A program made the translations under genes and the position numbers. From the human T2T-CHM13v2.0 reference genome, Homo sapiens: 64,000 nt of DNA. The stretch lies in the NCBI RefSeq assembly GCF_009914755.1, contig NC_060941.1; one strand, given 5' to 3'. Every line of letters begins with the position of its first letter. Within the stretch, counting starts at the first letter, position 1. Positions 37,270 through 53,049 of this stretch are shown piece by piece. A model generated the notes under the pieces. The model did not search any database and was not told the origin of the DNA. It saw only the letters and a program-made list of their open reading frames with translations.

Positions 37270-38255
37270 AAAAGAACCCCTACCAATCGTTAGAAAAACA
37301 AATAATCCAACAGAGAAAATGATGGGCAAAGAATTTGAATAGGCATTTTACATAAAAAATACAGATGGTCCAAAAAATATGAAAAGATGTTCAATCTTCC
37401 TAGTCATTAAGGAAGTAAAATTTAAAATAACCAGAACACTAGTCAAAAAAGTAGTGACATCTGAATTAAGTCCATAGTTTAGTTAATAGCATTGTTCCAG
37501 TGTTAATTTCTTTGTTTTGGTCACTGTGTGTCCACAGTCGGTTCCTTCCAGTGGGTTCGTGGTCTTGCTGACTTCCAGAATGAAGCCTCGGACCCTCGCA
37601 GTGAGTGTTACAGCTCTTAAAGATGGCACGAACTCAAAGAATAAACGCAAGATTTACTGTGAAGACTGAAAAGCCAAAGAATAAACCTGCCACAGCGTTG
37701 AAGGGGACCCAAGCAGATTGCCGCTGCTGGCTGGGAGAGGCTGTGTTGGGTGGTGGGGATGGGGTTGGCCAGCTTTTATTCCGTTATTTGCCCCCGCCCA
37801 TGTTCCATTTCTGTCCTATCAGAATGCCCTTTTTTCAATCCTCCCCGCGATTGGCTACTTTTAGGATCCTGCTGATTGGTGTGTTTTAGAGAGCGCTGAT
37901 TGGTACATTTTACAGGGTGCTGATAGGTGCGTTTTACAGAGTGCTGACTGGTGCATTTTACAATCATCTTGCTAGCTACAGAGTGCTGATTGGTGCATTT
38001 TTACAGGGTGCTGATTGGTGCATTTTACAGTCCTCTTGCTAGCTACAGAGCGCTGATTGGTGCATTTTACAATCCTCTTGTAAGACAGAAAAGTTCTCCA
38101 AGTCCCCACTCACCCAGAAAGTCCAGCTGGCTTCACCTCTCAATTGTATTGTGGTTAGGTAAGATGCTCACATTAGGAAAAGCTGGAGAAACGGTCTGTG
38201 AGAACACTGTATCTTTATAACTTTCTGCAAGCCTAAACTTATTTCAAAATGAAAA
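37270..38255 (+). mobile_element. Old L1 (L1MC/ME-like) fragments, split by the LTR12F-like element
   Basis: atgggcaaagaatttgaataggcatttt...atatgaaaagatgttcaatc; tgtggttaggtaagatg...aacttatttcaaaatgaaaa. Confidence 0.65.
37527..38142 (-). mobile_element. Solo LTR of the ERV9/LTR12 family (LTR12F-like)
   Basis: Minus strand starts tgagaggtgaagccagctggac and ends ggacaca; tandem gcaccaatcagc repeats; 4-bp TSD actg/attg. Confidence 0.85.
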
Positions 38256-38258
38256 GGT

Positions 38259-38405
38259 AGGCCACGCATGGTAGCTTGCACCTGTAAAAATCCCAGCATT
38301 TCAGGAGGACATGGCAAGAGGATTGCTTGAGTCCAGGAGTTCAAGACCCAGCCTGGACAACATAGTGAGACCCCGTCTCTACTAAAAAAGAAAAGATAAA
38401 CAACA
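38259..38405 (+). mobile_element. Alu monomer (FLAM-like)
   Basis: Left-arm sequence with A-rich tail. Confidence 0.8.
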
Positions 38406-38419
38406 ATAACAGAAAACAA

Positions 38420-39362
<943 letters not shown>

Positions 39363-41002
39363 AGGTGCTAACCTTCTCCGGCATGCAGTTTTCTTGTTTT
39401 TAAAATAGAGTTGGGGCAGGGCCCCCCGAGAGGCTGCTTCCAGCTCTGACTTTCTCTTTACCATGAAGCTGAGGTTGTGTCCTATTATGCCCTCTTTCCA
39501 CACTCCCCCTCCCCACTCTGCAGCACACTGGTCCAACCAGCTGGCTTCTCTCTATTCCTCAAATTTTCCAGCTCATTCCTGACGTAGGGCCTTTGTCCTG
39601 TGGTCGCCTCCACTGGCAAGCTCTTCCCACAGCCTCAGATAGCTGGCTCCTTCTTACCGTGCATAGCTCAGCTTAAAGTTCACCTCTGCAGGGAGGCCTC
39701 CCTGACTGTGCAGAGTAACAACAAGGTGGGAGAGAAGGGCAGAGCTGAATCAGAAAGGGCCTGTGGACTAGAGTGAGGAGTTAGGGGTTCAGCCTCAGGA
39801 GGGTTTGAAATGCTCAAGGAGGAGGCTAGGAGATGAGGAGTGGGGCTGGGCTGCCTCTGCACATCATCAAAGCCAACACTCAGTCTAATCCAAATCTTGC
39901 TAGAGCATAGAACATAAGGTAGAATGAGTCTTTAAGCAACTGGGAGTCATCTCGAGGTAAACAGAACTCCAAGAGTAACGAAGGCCCAGAGTGAATTTAT
40001 TTTGAGAGAGTTTCCTGTTGGAGTAGCAGACACTCTGCAGTAGTGTTTTTCTCTCTCCTGGGTGGGACTGCCCTGCCTATATGCACTTAAGGCATAGAGT
40101 TTCCTGTTCTTGCCTCTTCTCAGAGCCTTGCATTGAAACTCAAATGTATTCTCAGAAATTTCTCTCCACACAATGACATATCGCCTCTGTGCTTTTACTC
40201 TCTTTGTCTTTCTCTTTCTCTCAACCATTGTTTTCCACCCATCCTCTTTTTCCTAAACTTCTTAAGATTGTTGGCCATTTCCCTTTCTCCCTCCCCTCTC
40301 TATGTTTCTGTGTGAGATCTGCCATCCTTTAACCATTCCTCTTCCCCGGGGTAGCCGGTTGTAGCTGATCCTGCCCACCCTTTCCGGTGGTCTCTCAGCC
40401 TGGCCACACCTTCCACGGCTGGGCCCCCCTCACCTGCTCACAGCTGGATTCCCCCAGGCTGAACCCCCAGACCAGCTTGCAGGGCTTCCTCTCTCTTCAT
40501 TCTTCCCACAAGCCTAGCCAAGAGCTTAACACTCACCAGATGCAAATGGTTAAGTGCAACTCGCTTGGGAAGAGGGGGTGTTGTTGGTTCATAACGAACT
40601 GCAGAGGGCGAGGGGCAGGGAAAGCTCCAGCCATGACTCAAACCCCATCGGGCATCTCTCCCCTCCTGTTTCTGTTTCTCTCGGGTGGGCTTTCTCTGGA
40701 AGGCTAGAACCATGGACACTGCAGAGTGAGGGTTCATTCCTTCCCAGCTTGGCCATCTGAGAGTAGAGGAGCCTCTTCCTCCAGTTCCAACTAGAAAAAT
40801 CCCAGGGGTCGGCCAAGCTTGGATCACAGGCTCACTTGCACAGCCAGAGGGATGGCCACCATAGTAGAAGACCCTGACCAGAACCACATAGGGGTATTTC
40901 TCCTAAAGACAAGGACATCTATGCTCTAGAAAGGGGAAAAGAGTCCCAGGCAGACAAAACAACAGGTGTCCACACTGCCCCATGTTCAGCCTGGGAACCC
41001 AA

Positions 41003-41700
41003 AAGTCTCAATCAATTTCGAAAGCTTATTTTGCCAAGGTTAAGGAAGCACCCATGACAGCCTCAGGAGGTCCTGATGACACATGCCCCAGGTGGTCGGG
41101 GCACAGCTTGCTTTTATACATTTTAGGGATACGTGAGACATCAATCAATATGTGTAAAATGTACATTGGTTCTGTCCGGAGAGGTGGGACAACTCGAAGC
41201 GGGGAGCCTTCCAGGTCATAGGTAGGTAATAGACAAACAGTTGCATTTTTTGGGGTATTTGATCAGCCTTTCACCAAATACACAATTTACATATGAGAGG
41301 GGATAGAAGAATAGTCCCTTATGCCTTAATGTGGCTCAGTGAATCTGCATTTTTACGTAAACAATAGGGCAGAGGAAGCAATTGGATATGAGTTTGTCTT
41401 GGGTGAGCAAAAGAATGACTTTGAGTTCTGTCCTTTGTCCCATACCTGTGAAGATAAGCTATCAATTTACATTGCCAGGGTGAAATTCCACAGAACTGTT
41501 TTAGGGTAAAGATCTTGAGGCCCACAAGGAATTTCTTTGTGGACAAATTGTGAGGGGGGTATGGAGCTTTTTAAAAAAATCTTTGTAGCTATCTTACTTA
41601 GGAATTAAATGAGAGGCAGTTTGACTGACACACTTCCTGGCTTGACTTTTCCCTTTGGCTTAGTGATTTGGGGGTCCCGAGACTTAACTTTCCTTTCACA
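41003..41700 (-). mobile_element. MER4A-like ERV1 LTR
   Basis: ttattttgccaaggttaagga...gacagcctcaggaggtcctgatgaca...ttagtgatttgggggtccc...tttcctttcaca. Confidence 0.85.
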
Positions 41701-42269
41701 AGCCCACATGGCCTGGTCTTGGTGTGTGTGAAGACAGGCTTCTCGGCAGGCAGGTGAGCCCTTGGGAACACGAGCTGCTTCACTTCCCCACCCAGTTGCT
41801 GTCTTCAAGAGCAAGTGCTGGCTCCAACAGCCCCTCCTGCAAGGCATTCACTTCTAAGGCACCAGAACCCTTGGAGCTGCCAAGTCTGACTTTTGTCAGC
41901 AACAAACCCATACAGGCGAAAGTCATTTTTTATTTTAAACTGTCAAATCTGGGGGCCGATTGTCTCAGAAATGCATCATTTGAATACAAAAGATGGGCTC
42001 ACACTTCTCTCTAGGATGCTGCTTCTTGAAGAATCATAGTTATTTTTTAGAGCTAAGACCCTTAGAGGTCTTCTATTCCAACCCCCTCATTCTTACAAAC
42101 AAGGCAATGGGCATAGAGAGGTTGAGCATTTTGCCCAGTTATACCAGATAGTAAGAAGCAAGGGCAATAAGGGAATCCAAAAGTACTAACTACTTAACTA
42201 ATCCTAACTACTAGGTAGTTAGTAAGTAGTCGGGCAATAAGGGAATCAACACTAGGGGTTTCCATCTGA

Positions 42270-42524
<255 letters not shown>

Positions 42525-43582
42525 TAAACTATATTAATATTAAATCTTAACTTTTCTCTCTTGTGAATTCATCTATAAAATGCTTCATCCTTGTATGTGA
42601 TTGATCTTCAGTGGTCATGAATCCCAGCTTTACATTTCTCTGGCCATCACCACTACCTAGGGCATTTCGGGACCTGTAAATAAACACTTCAGGGCACCAT
42701 GGGAATGACGGCTAAAGGAGTTCTTTGTAAAAGGTTCCCTTCAGCCACTGGTCACTCTACCTGGTTAATCTAGTTCGGAGTTTCACGCTTGTCTTCCTCA
42801 AAGAGGAATACACCCTTATATTTATAATCGTTCAGTATAATTTTTCTTCTTTAGTTGGTTCTTAATTTTGTTTTCATATTCCAAACCCAAAGTCACCAGC
42901 CCTAACTTGCAAGAGAAAGAAGTTACTGTGGATGAACAAGCAAAGCACGTGGGGCCCAAGATGCTATTGTTGGACACAAAAGCCCTTCTATGGCTTTGGG
43001 AGAGCCAATCCCCCATCACACAGCGCAGGAAGAAGGGCACTCACTGTGCTCACGCTCTGTGCAGCCCTCCTGAATTTGTAAACAACCCAAACGTTACACA
43101 AACAAGTTGTTGTTTTTCTTAGCTTGCTGGTGTTTTTAACTCAATAAAATGTCAATTAACTTCGTGAGCTTTCCTTTAACTCTATATAATCTTTGCGTTT
43201 GAATGGCTGCCAATCAAACGCAAAGATAGATGTTTTCTTTGAATATGGGCCAATTTCCGTGTATGCACCTTGTTGTCAGGATCAGCTAGATTATGGTGTA
43301 GTAACAATGTCGATATCTCAATGGCTTGACAAAAGTTTGGTTTCCGCTCATGCTACATGTTCTGTGAGATCAGTGGGGAGCTCGGAGTTTCCACAGTTAC
43401 CAGCAAACGGAGAGAATTCTGGAGGGCCTCGAACAGGCAAGCAAATGATCTAGCCCGGAAGTGATGTTTGTCACTTTCCTTCACATCTCATTGGTCTGAA
43501 CTGGTCACATGACCCCAGGCAACCCCAGAGGGCCAGGAAATTCGAGCTCCTTGTGCTTGCCAGGAAAGGAGAGTGGCCCTGT

Positions 43583-44266
43583 TGAAACCGCCTGTGACTG
43601 AGACAGTGAAAGAAATTTGACCTAACCAACTCCATCTTGCTTCTAGCCTCCAAGTTGTCCTTGTTCATTCCTGGGCACAGGCTGAACTAACTTTGGGAGG
43701 AGATTATTATAGTTTATAGTTTAAAACAAAGACAATAACAGCACTTTCCCAAAAGAAATTTCCTTCTTGCCTGAGGACTAGACTGCCTTTGTAGGACTGA
43801 CAAATTAGCCACAAGATTAGAAATTATGCTTTAGGAGTCATGCAGCTGAAAGCTACAAGATTCTGACCCTCCTTAAACTGCTCCTAAGATCAGTGTTTGA
43901 GACATTTTGCAGACCCTGCACTTGATGGATCAGCTGGCACCACCCAGATCAATTAAATGGCTCATCTGATCTTGTGGCCCCCACCCAGGAACTGACTCAG
44001 CACAAGAGGACAGCTTCAATTCCCTATTACTTCATCTCCTACCTAACCAATCAGCACTCCTGGCTCACTGGCTTCCGCCCCACCAAGTTGTCCTTAAAAA
44101 CTCTAATCCCCGAAACCTCAGGAAGACTGAGTTGAGTAATAATAAAACTCTGGTCTCCCCCACAGCTGGCTCTGGGTGAATTACTCTTTCTCTACTGCAA
44201 TTCCCCTGTCTTGAGAAATCAGCTCTGTTTAGTCAGCGGGCAAGGTGAACCCACTGGACGGTTACA
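43583..44266 (+). mobile_element. LTR8-like ERV1 solo LTR
   Basis: tgaaaccgcc...aactccatcttgcttct...aataaa (44141-44146)...ggacggttaca; perfect 4-bp TSD ctgt. Confidence 0.85.
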
Positions 44267-44550
44267 CTGTTGCTCAGCACAGAACTCAGTGTACCCACAA
44301 CGCTGCACGCCAGAATCCCACCTTCATACCAGGTCCAGGTAACAGCATCTTTGAGGAGAGCCCAGAGCTGAAGCAATTAGTCAAAGGTTTAAGTACCAAT
44401 TATGAGAGAGGCCCTGGACAGGACTGAGGAGTAAGGAATAGGTATTTAGACCAAAGTGATAGAGGTGCTATAGCATCTAGTGGGTAGAGGCCAGGGGAAC
44501 TGCTACACATCCTACAACACACAGGACACCCCCACAATAAGACTTACATG

Positions 44551-45165
44551 TGGCTGGGCACAGAGACTCATGTGTGCAATCCCAGTGGTTTGGGAGGCCA
44601 AGGTGGCAGAATCACTTGAGGTCAGGCGTCTGAGACCAGCCTGGGCAACATAGCAAGAACCTTCTCTACAAAAGTAAAAATAAAAGTTTGGGCGCTGTGA
44701 TTCACGCCTGTAATCCCAGCACTTTGGTAGGCCAAGGCAGGAGAATCACTTGAACTCAGAAGGCCGAGACCAGCTTGGGCAACATGGCAAAACCCTGTCT
44801 CTAAAAAAAATACAAAAAATTAGCGGGCATCGTAACACAAGCCTGTAGGCCCGGCTACTTGTGGGGCTGAGGCGGGAGGATCGCTTGAGCCTGGGAGGTC
44901 AGGCTGCAGTGAGTTGATATCGTACCACTGCACTCCAGCCTGGGTGACAAAGTGAGACCGTGTTTCAAAAAAATATAAAAAATAAAAAAATTAGCTAGGC
45001 ATGGTGGTGCCCACCTGTAGTTCCAGCTACTCAAGAGGCTGAAACAGGAGGATCACTTTAGCCCAGGAGTTCAAGGCTGCAGTGAGCTATGATCCCGCCA
45101 CTGCGCTCCAGCCTGACCTACAGAGCAAGACCTTGTCTCTAAAAAATTTTTTTTAATTTAAAAAA
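44551..45165 (+). mobile_element. Nested Alus: one Alu (about 44689-44985) inside the A-rich linker of another, within a MER20-like element
   Basis: Left arm 44551-44685, complete second Alu, then right arm 44986-45165. Confidence 0.85.
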
Positions 45166-46117
45166 CAAAGATGCATGTGGTCTAAAATTGTGCCATGGTC
45201 CAGAAATTCTAGATCAGAGTAATGCAAAGTTCACATTTTGGGGGTCGGGGAAGCAAAACAAAAACAAAAATAAATCCCCAAAACACAACAAGCAAAAACA
45301 TCTGCCTGGAGTTCCACCCCTGAGTGCTGGATTAGCGACCAGGCCACAGCTGCCCTTGTAAGAGGCACGCAGGAGGCCCATGAGGTGAGCTGCTGCAGGG
45401 CCTTGGGCACGGCCAGGGACCGGGTACGGGTTACCACTGGCCTTTACTCTCCAAATGTCAGGAGCACTACCTCCCATCAGTGACAACTAAAAATGTCTCC
45501 AGACATTAACAAATGTCCCGGGGCAAAATCTCCCCAGGTGAGAACTCTCCTCTAATAGAACTTCCAAGTTGGCCCCGCAGGCACTATTTTGGTGCAGAGG
45601 AACCCGTCAAGCTTGACTTTAAATCTGGCTCTGCCACTAAATCACCCAGGGCCTTTCCTCTTTGGGCCCCCGTTTCCCTGTCTGTAAAATGAGAGGATTG
45701 AACAGGGCAGTCCCTAGAGTCTGTTCAGAAGTTCTCAGACTGGGACTTGGGTTCTTGCACTTTTCATTTTGTCACTGTTGATGTCATCACACACACACCC
45801 ACGCACAGAGTGGAGTGAGGATTTCGGCTGCACAGCAGGATGGCCCAGATGATAGGAGGAGGCAGGGGGCGATCACTGGCTGGGAGGATGGCTGGGAAAA
45901 GAGGAGGAAGGGGAAAGGCACGCGAGGTCACAAATGCACCAAAAGGCATTTCCTGGCCTAGCCCTGTGCCTCCCTTCTAAAGAGCCATCACAGGACCTAA
46001 GGAATAAGAGACAGAGAGGGACTGGTAAAGGATTTTGGGAGGAGAAGTTAAGAGGATAAACAGCAAGCAGTATATACCCAGAAAAGTGCAATGTGCCCAA
46101 GAATAGGAGGGAAGTTT

Positions 46118-46171
46118 GTGGGGTGTGTGTGTGTGGGTGTGTGTGTGTGTGTGTGTTTGTGTGTGTGTGTG
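46118..46171. repeat. (TG)n microsatellite, imperfect
   Basis: Long TG run with a few interruptions. Confidence 0.95.
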
Positions 46172-46786
46172 CTGTATCCTTGCTATTGGCAAGAAGAATT
46201 GAACAGCTTCAATTCAGTTTGAATCAGCCTGTAGCTTAGGAAAAAGTCATTATCGAGGGATTATTGAGTTTGCTGATCTCTTACCGGCCTCTTGCCCCTT
46301 GTTCAGTTGTAATCAAAAGACAGGGGTGGGAGGGGGGAAAGGAAGAGATGCCCCCTGCTCCTTAACATTCACGTTTCCTTCTGGTCCATCTCAGAATGCA
46401 ATAAAGTTTGACAGTGACCTTGAAAGGGAGTGAGTGTTATTTAATAAAAGGCTGTTCAGTCTAAACAATGATTCAGGACTTTTTGAAAGCCAGAAGAGAC
46501 AGCCTGAATGCCCTTTTCCATGCTAGGTCCTCTAAAAAGGGTTTATGTATATCTTTTATTTGTCTTAGGTCTGTACCTGTTTCCCACCCCCGACCCCCAC
46601 CTCTCCCCAACCCCCACTAACTGAACACTTTTCTGGGTTGCTAATAAACTGAGCTCCCAGGCTATGCTATGCTCCACAATAGCACCTGTTTCTCAGAAGT
46701 ATTTCACCCGGCTGTTCTTTCATCCATCCAGTCTGTCAGCCATTCATCAGCTATTTTCAAAGAACCTACTGTGCATCCAGGGCTGT

Positions 46787-47461
<675 letters not shown>

Positions 47462-48184
47462 ACTGTGTTATGGGTGGAGGGTACAATGGTGAGTAAAATA
47501 CAGGCCAGGCATTCTGAGTCATCACACGAGAGTGGGCATAGGTATGTTCACAGGCGATCACACCCCAGCGTGGTGAGTGTGGTGAGTGGGACACCCACGG
47601 CAACTCCTGACCCTAAAAAGGGAGGGGAGGCCTCCATAGAAGGAGCCCCTGAGCTGAGCCTTGAAGGACACAGGGACTACTCAGGCAGAGATAAGAGAAT
47701 GATCCGGGCTGTGAAAGACATGAAAGAGACTGGTGATTCATTGAACTGTGGAGAGCAAGATGTGTTAGCATAGTAGCCAGCAAAGTGGGGATGGTGAGGA
47801 CTGAGACCAAGCTGGCCAACCGAGGCCACATCTGCCCTGTCAAGGGGCTCTGCTCTAGGGCTCTGTCCCTCGTTACCAAGCTATGGTCCATTTTAAGGAT
47901 TTGCAGTGGCCATGTCCCACGAAGTTACCATGAACACTGAATGAATGAAAGCTGAACCGGGGCTCCTAGGGGAAATACAGCATTAGATTCCTGCCGGCCT
48001 CTGATAACATCATCATCAATTGATCAATACATAACCTTTTTATGTGCATTTCTGTTTTAAAATATTATTTAATATATGCTGTTCATTCATTAACATCAAA
48101 CTCACAGCCAACAGCACCATAATTCATACCTGAATAAAGCTTATCTAACGCACATATTTTCTCTATAAGGCACATCACAGACTT

Positions 48185-48495
48185 CTTTTTTACTTTTTTC
48201 TTTCCTTTAGAAACAGGGTCTCACTTTGTTGCCCAGGCTGAAGTGCAGTGTAGCAATTATAGCTCATTGCAGCCTCAACCTCCTGGGCTCAATAGATCCT
48301 CCCATCTCAGCCTCCTGAGTAGCTGGGACTATAAGTGTAAGCCACTACACTCAGTTAATTAAAAAAATTTTTTTTGTAGAGACAGGGTCTCACTATGTTG
48401 TCCAGGCTAGCCTCTAACTCCTGGCCTCAAGTGATTCTCCTGTCTCGGCCTTCCAAAGCACTGGGATTACAGGTGTAAGCCACTAAGCCTGCCCC
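48185..48495 (-). mobile_element. Alu (AluJ-like)
   Basis: Reverse dimer. Confidence 0.9.
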
Positions 48496-48574
48496 AATCG
48501 CAGCCTTCTTGAGCATAGAAACACTAGACAGCACTTCAGCACTGCATTGGAGGGCCATTTTAAACAGTGAAATT

Positions 48575-48904
<330 letters not shown>

Positions 48905-50094
48905 TCACCAATAAAAAGTACAAAAGTGAAATGCAAAAAATATGTGGCACTAAATAGACCATGAAAAGGACACTCATTACAGTATGAGAGCTGAACAAGA
49001 AGGCAGGGTGTTGCTTTGTTTGAGCTCAGCTGGGAACATGTCTCAGAGTAAGCAAAGTCTTTGCCACCCTGCACATGTCCATGAATAGCCACAAAAGTGC
49101 CCTGAGCCTTGATTTGGGGGTTACAAACCCATTTTTAGCAAGTAGAAAGATTAGCAAATATTAGAATTATGAATAATGAGGATCCAAACCATAAATATGA
49201 ACCCCTAAATTCTCTGTACAGCCAATGACTACGATGTGCATGAGAATATTTTACTAGAATATTTTTACTCTCTCTACAGAGATTTCTCCTCTAATATAGA
49301 AGAAAGACATGAGTGAATTTAGGGATATCTATGGGTTGAAGGCTAAAGATATGGGAACTCATATACAGCCACACTATACTACAGCAGTGTCCAAACAGAC
49401 ACTGTGTCAGCCTAGAGACAGCCTGTCAGAGGGTGACTTACAGCTCATTTCCTGATGCGAGGCAAGCCAGACAAGATCGAAACCTCAGAGCCCCCAGGGT
49501 TTCTCTGCTGTGTCAGCTGTCAGCACTGACACTCTCTGCGTTCATTCCTATGTGGAGGAGCGTCAGGAAGTCAGTGTGTCTTGGACCCACCAGTTGCAGA
49601 CCGAAACGCAGCAGCCCACCCAGCAATGTGTTGAGAGAACAGTCTGGGCAGCCTGATGCTTCAGAATTTTCCAGAACAGAGTGATAAGTAAACTCCTGGA
49701 GCTGCTCAGGCCCAGGGATTCTTGTAGGGCAATTGTGTATTTGAAATGCCAGACATTGCGCTGACAGGTTTTATTTACTATTTTAAAGTACATATTAGAA
49801 ATCATAAGTGTCAACGTATTTTTTTAAAAAAAGAAAAAAGTAGTATTTGAAAGCACAGATAGTTTCCTGTATGGGGAAAAAAGGTATAGAACACAATTCC
49901 TTCAGAGTATAATCTCCAAGCTGATCTGCTGAACTCAGCAGGGACTTTCCTTTGTCATTGAAGTGTATAATTTGTTGCTTAGAATTTCATTTTTAAAGGA
50001 CGTATGCTACACACAATAGTTGAAAGTGATCATCTGAAGCTTCGCAGAGGGTATCTAACCCCCAATTTTTGTGGATTTCCCCAGTTATGTTTTA

Positions 50095-50388
50095 ATTTTT
50101 TTTTTTTTTTTTTTTTGAGACAGATTCTCACTCTGTTGCTCAGGCTGGAGTGCAGTGGCATGATCCTGGCTCACTGCAGCCTCGACCTCCTGGACTCAGG
50201 TGATCCTCCCACTTCAGCCTCCTGAGTAGCTGGGACCACCATGCCCCCAAGCCCAGATAAGTCTTGTATTTTTTGCAGAGACAGGGTTTTGCCATGTTGC
50301 ACAGGCTGGTCTCGAACTTCTGAGCTCAAGCTGTCTGCCATCTCAGGCTCCCAAAGTGCTGGGATTACAGGCGTGAGCCACCATGCCA
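50095..50388 (-). mobile_element. Alu (AluJ-like)
   Basis: Reverse dimer after poly(T). Confidence 0.92.
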
Positions 50389-50409
50389 ATCTATTTTTTC
50401 ATTTTTAAT

Positions 50410-50848
50410 TTAAAACATAGACTACTTTTTAGAGCAATTTTAAGTTCACAGCAAAATTGAGCAGAAAGTACAGAAAATCCCCGTATACCCTCTGCTCTAT
50501 ACAGCCTCCCGCACTATCGACATCCCCCACCAGAGTGGTACATTTCTTACAATCCATGAACCTACCTTGACATGTCATTATAACCCAAAGTCCATAGTTT
50601 ATATTAGGGCTCACTCTTGCTGTTGTATACTCTATAGGTTTTGACAAATATACAATCACATGTATCCACGATTATACTAGCATACAGAACAGTCTCATTG
50701 CCCTAAAAATCCCCCGTGCTCTGCCTATCCATCCCTCCCTCCCTGCTAACCCCTGGCAGCCACTGATCTTTTTGCTGCCTCCATAGTTTTGCCTTTTCCA
50801 GAATTTCATATCGTTGAATCCTACAGTATGTAGCCTTTTCAGAGTAGT
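50410..50848 (-). mobile_element. Old L1 (L1MC-like) 3' end
   Basis: ttttagagcaattttaagttcacagcaaaattgagcagaaagtacaga...cccaaagtccatagtttatattaggg. Confidence 0.8.
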
Positions 50849-50877
50849 TATCCCCAAATTCTTGAAATCAATATAAA

Positions 50878-51177
50878 TATTTATTTATTTACTTATTTTT
50901 TGAGACAGAGTCTTGCTGTCATCCAGGCTGGAGTGCAGGCACTATCTCGGCTCACTCCAACCTCCGCCTCCCGGATTCAAGCGATTCTCCTGCCTCAGCC
51001 TCCCAAGTAGCTGGGATTACAGGCATGTACCACCACGCTTCGCTAATTTTTGTATTTTTAGAAGAGACAGGGTTTCACCATGTTCTCAGGCTGGTCTCGA
51101 ACTCCTGACCTCAGGTGATCCACCCGCCTCGGCCTCCCAAAGTGCTAGGATTACAGGTGTGAGCCACCATGCCTAGC
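50878..51177 (-). mobile_element. Alu (AluS-like)
   Basis: Reverse dimer; caatataaat on both flanks. Confidence 0.95.
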
Positions 51178-51197
51178 TAGACCAATATAAATTAATA

Positions 51198-51519
<322 letters not shown>

Positions 51520-51766
51520 TCACCTGCAAATCACTACATTGTAAGCAACTTAAGATCTTAGTCCTCATTGTATTCACGGTGTACAGGGACACTCAAACAC
51601 CTGTTGAATGGATGGAAAGATGAATAGCCTGCCTCTCCGATTTCAAAAGAAAAACCAGAACACTAATCTAGTAACAGTGAGTGGTTGTACTTAGTATTAC
51701 TTAGAAAAAGAGATGCTAATTCTTTTTATTCCGAATAAAGAACAGCTTGTAAAAAATGAAGCCCAA

Positions 51767-52037
51767 GCCAGGAACAGTGGCTTACACCTGTAGTCCCAGC
51801 TACTTGGGAGTCTGAGGCAGGAGGATGGCTTGAACCCAGGAGTTCAAGACCAGCCTGGGCAACACAGTGAGAACCTGTCTCCACACACACACACAAATTA
51901 TCTAGACATGGTGGTGCGCGCTTGTAGTCCCAGCTACTCGGATGGCTGAGTTGGGAGGATCGCCTGAACCCAGAAGATCGAGGCTACAGTGAGGTCTGAT
52001 CACAGTATTACACTTCAGCCTGGGTGACAGAGTGAGA
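51767..52037 (+). mobile_element. Alu (AluJ-like)
   Basis: Diverged dimer. Confidence 0.88.
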
Positions 52038-53049
52038 CCCTGTATCTAAATAAAATAAGTATCAATGCCAGACTATAGGTCATGAGATTTGACTCAGATC
52101 TTAATATTTTGGTAACTTTTAAATTTCCGATTATATCTTCCATAAAGTAGGATTTCACAACTGATAGCATGGTTTCTGTGAAAGGGATTTCTGCTCACCC
52201 TTTTCAAGTTTTGTATTTGGGGCACTCTTCAAATGATCTGTCATTCCCCTATGCCAGGATATCCAGAGTGTCTGCACAAAGCCAAATATGATGAGAAGAT
52301 GAGCTCATGGATCGGTGATGCCTTGTCCCTATTTCTGGACCCCAGGATCATCCTTGCTTTTTTGACGATAGAGTCATGCTGCTGAGTCATGGGTAACTCA
52401 AACCCTCATCTGCAGTTACCTTCTTCTTGCTAGAACCCGGGAAACCTGGACAAGGGGCAGTTGTCACTGGCAGGATAATGGAGGGAAGGGCAGGTGGGAA
52501 GGAGGCATCCAGGAAATAGACACACAGAAAGGAACATGTGGGTCTAAACAATAATCAGTGAGAGGTAAGTCCAGGGAAATGAAAGCATGGATCTGCCTCA
52601 CGTTATATAATTAAGATGTTGAAAATGTCCGCATAAACCAACTCACATTTCATTTGCAACAGGAGAACTGACATTAGGGGAACCTGGTAATGGTTCATTT
52701 TGTAGAGTGAAGTATTTGTCTGTAATGTTAATACTCTCTTTCTAATTTAGCTGTATTTTATATTGATATTTCCCAATATTGGCTTTGAGAGAGGGCTGTC
52801 GTGTCTCATCAAAGCACCCTGTTTAGCAGACAATTAGGCAGAACAAATGCATGTTAGTCTGTCTAAATATGCCCTGAATTTGGTGTCTGAATTTACAATA
52901 GAAAATAAAGGAATGTTAGTCTTGAAGGCTGTCATCTGTTTCGGTAGAAAATGCCTTTTTATGAAAGTGTTTTCATGAAACTATTTCAAAGAGTAAGCTG
53001 CTCATGATAACTGGGAAGAATTACCAAGTATGATGGCCTCTTAGCATTA

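Noticed and set aside
46347-46361. CTCF-like gatgccccctgctcc
   Set aside because: Lacks the conserved CC at the motif start; chance matches are common.
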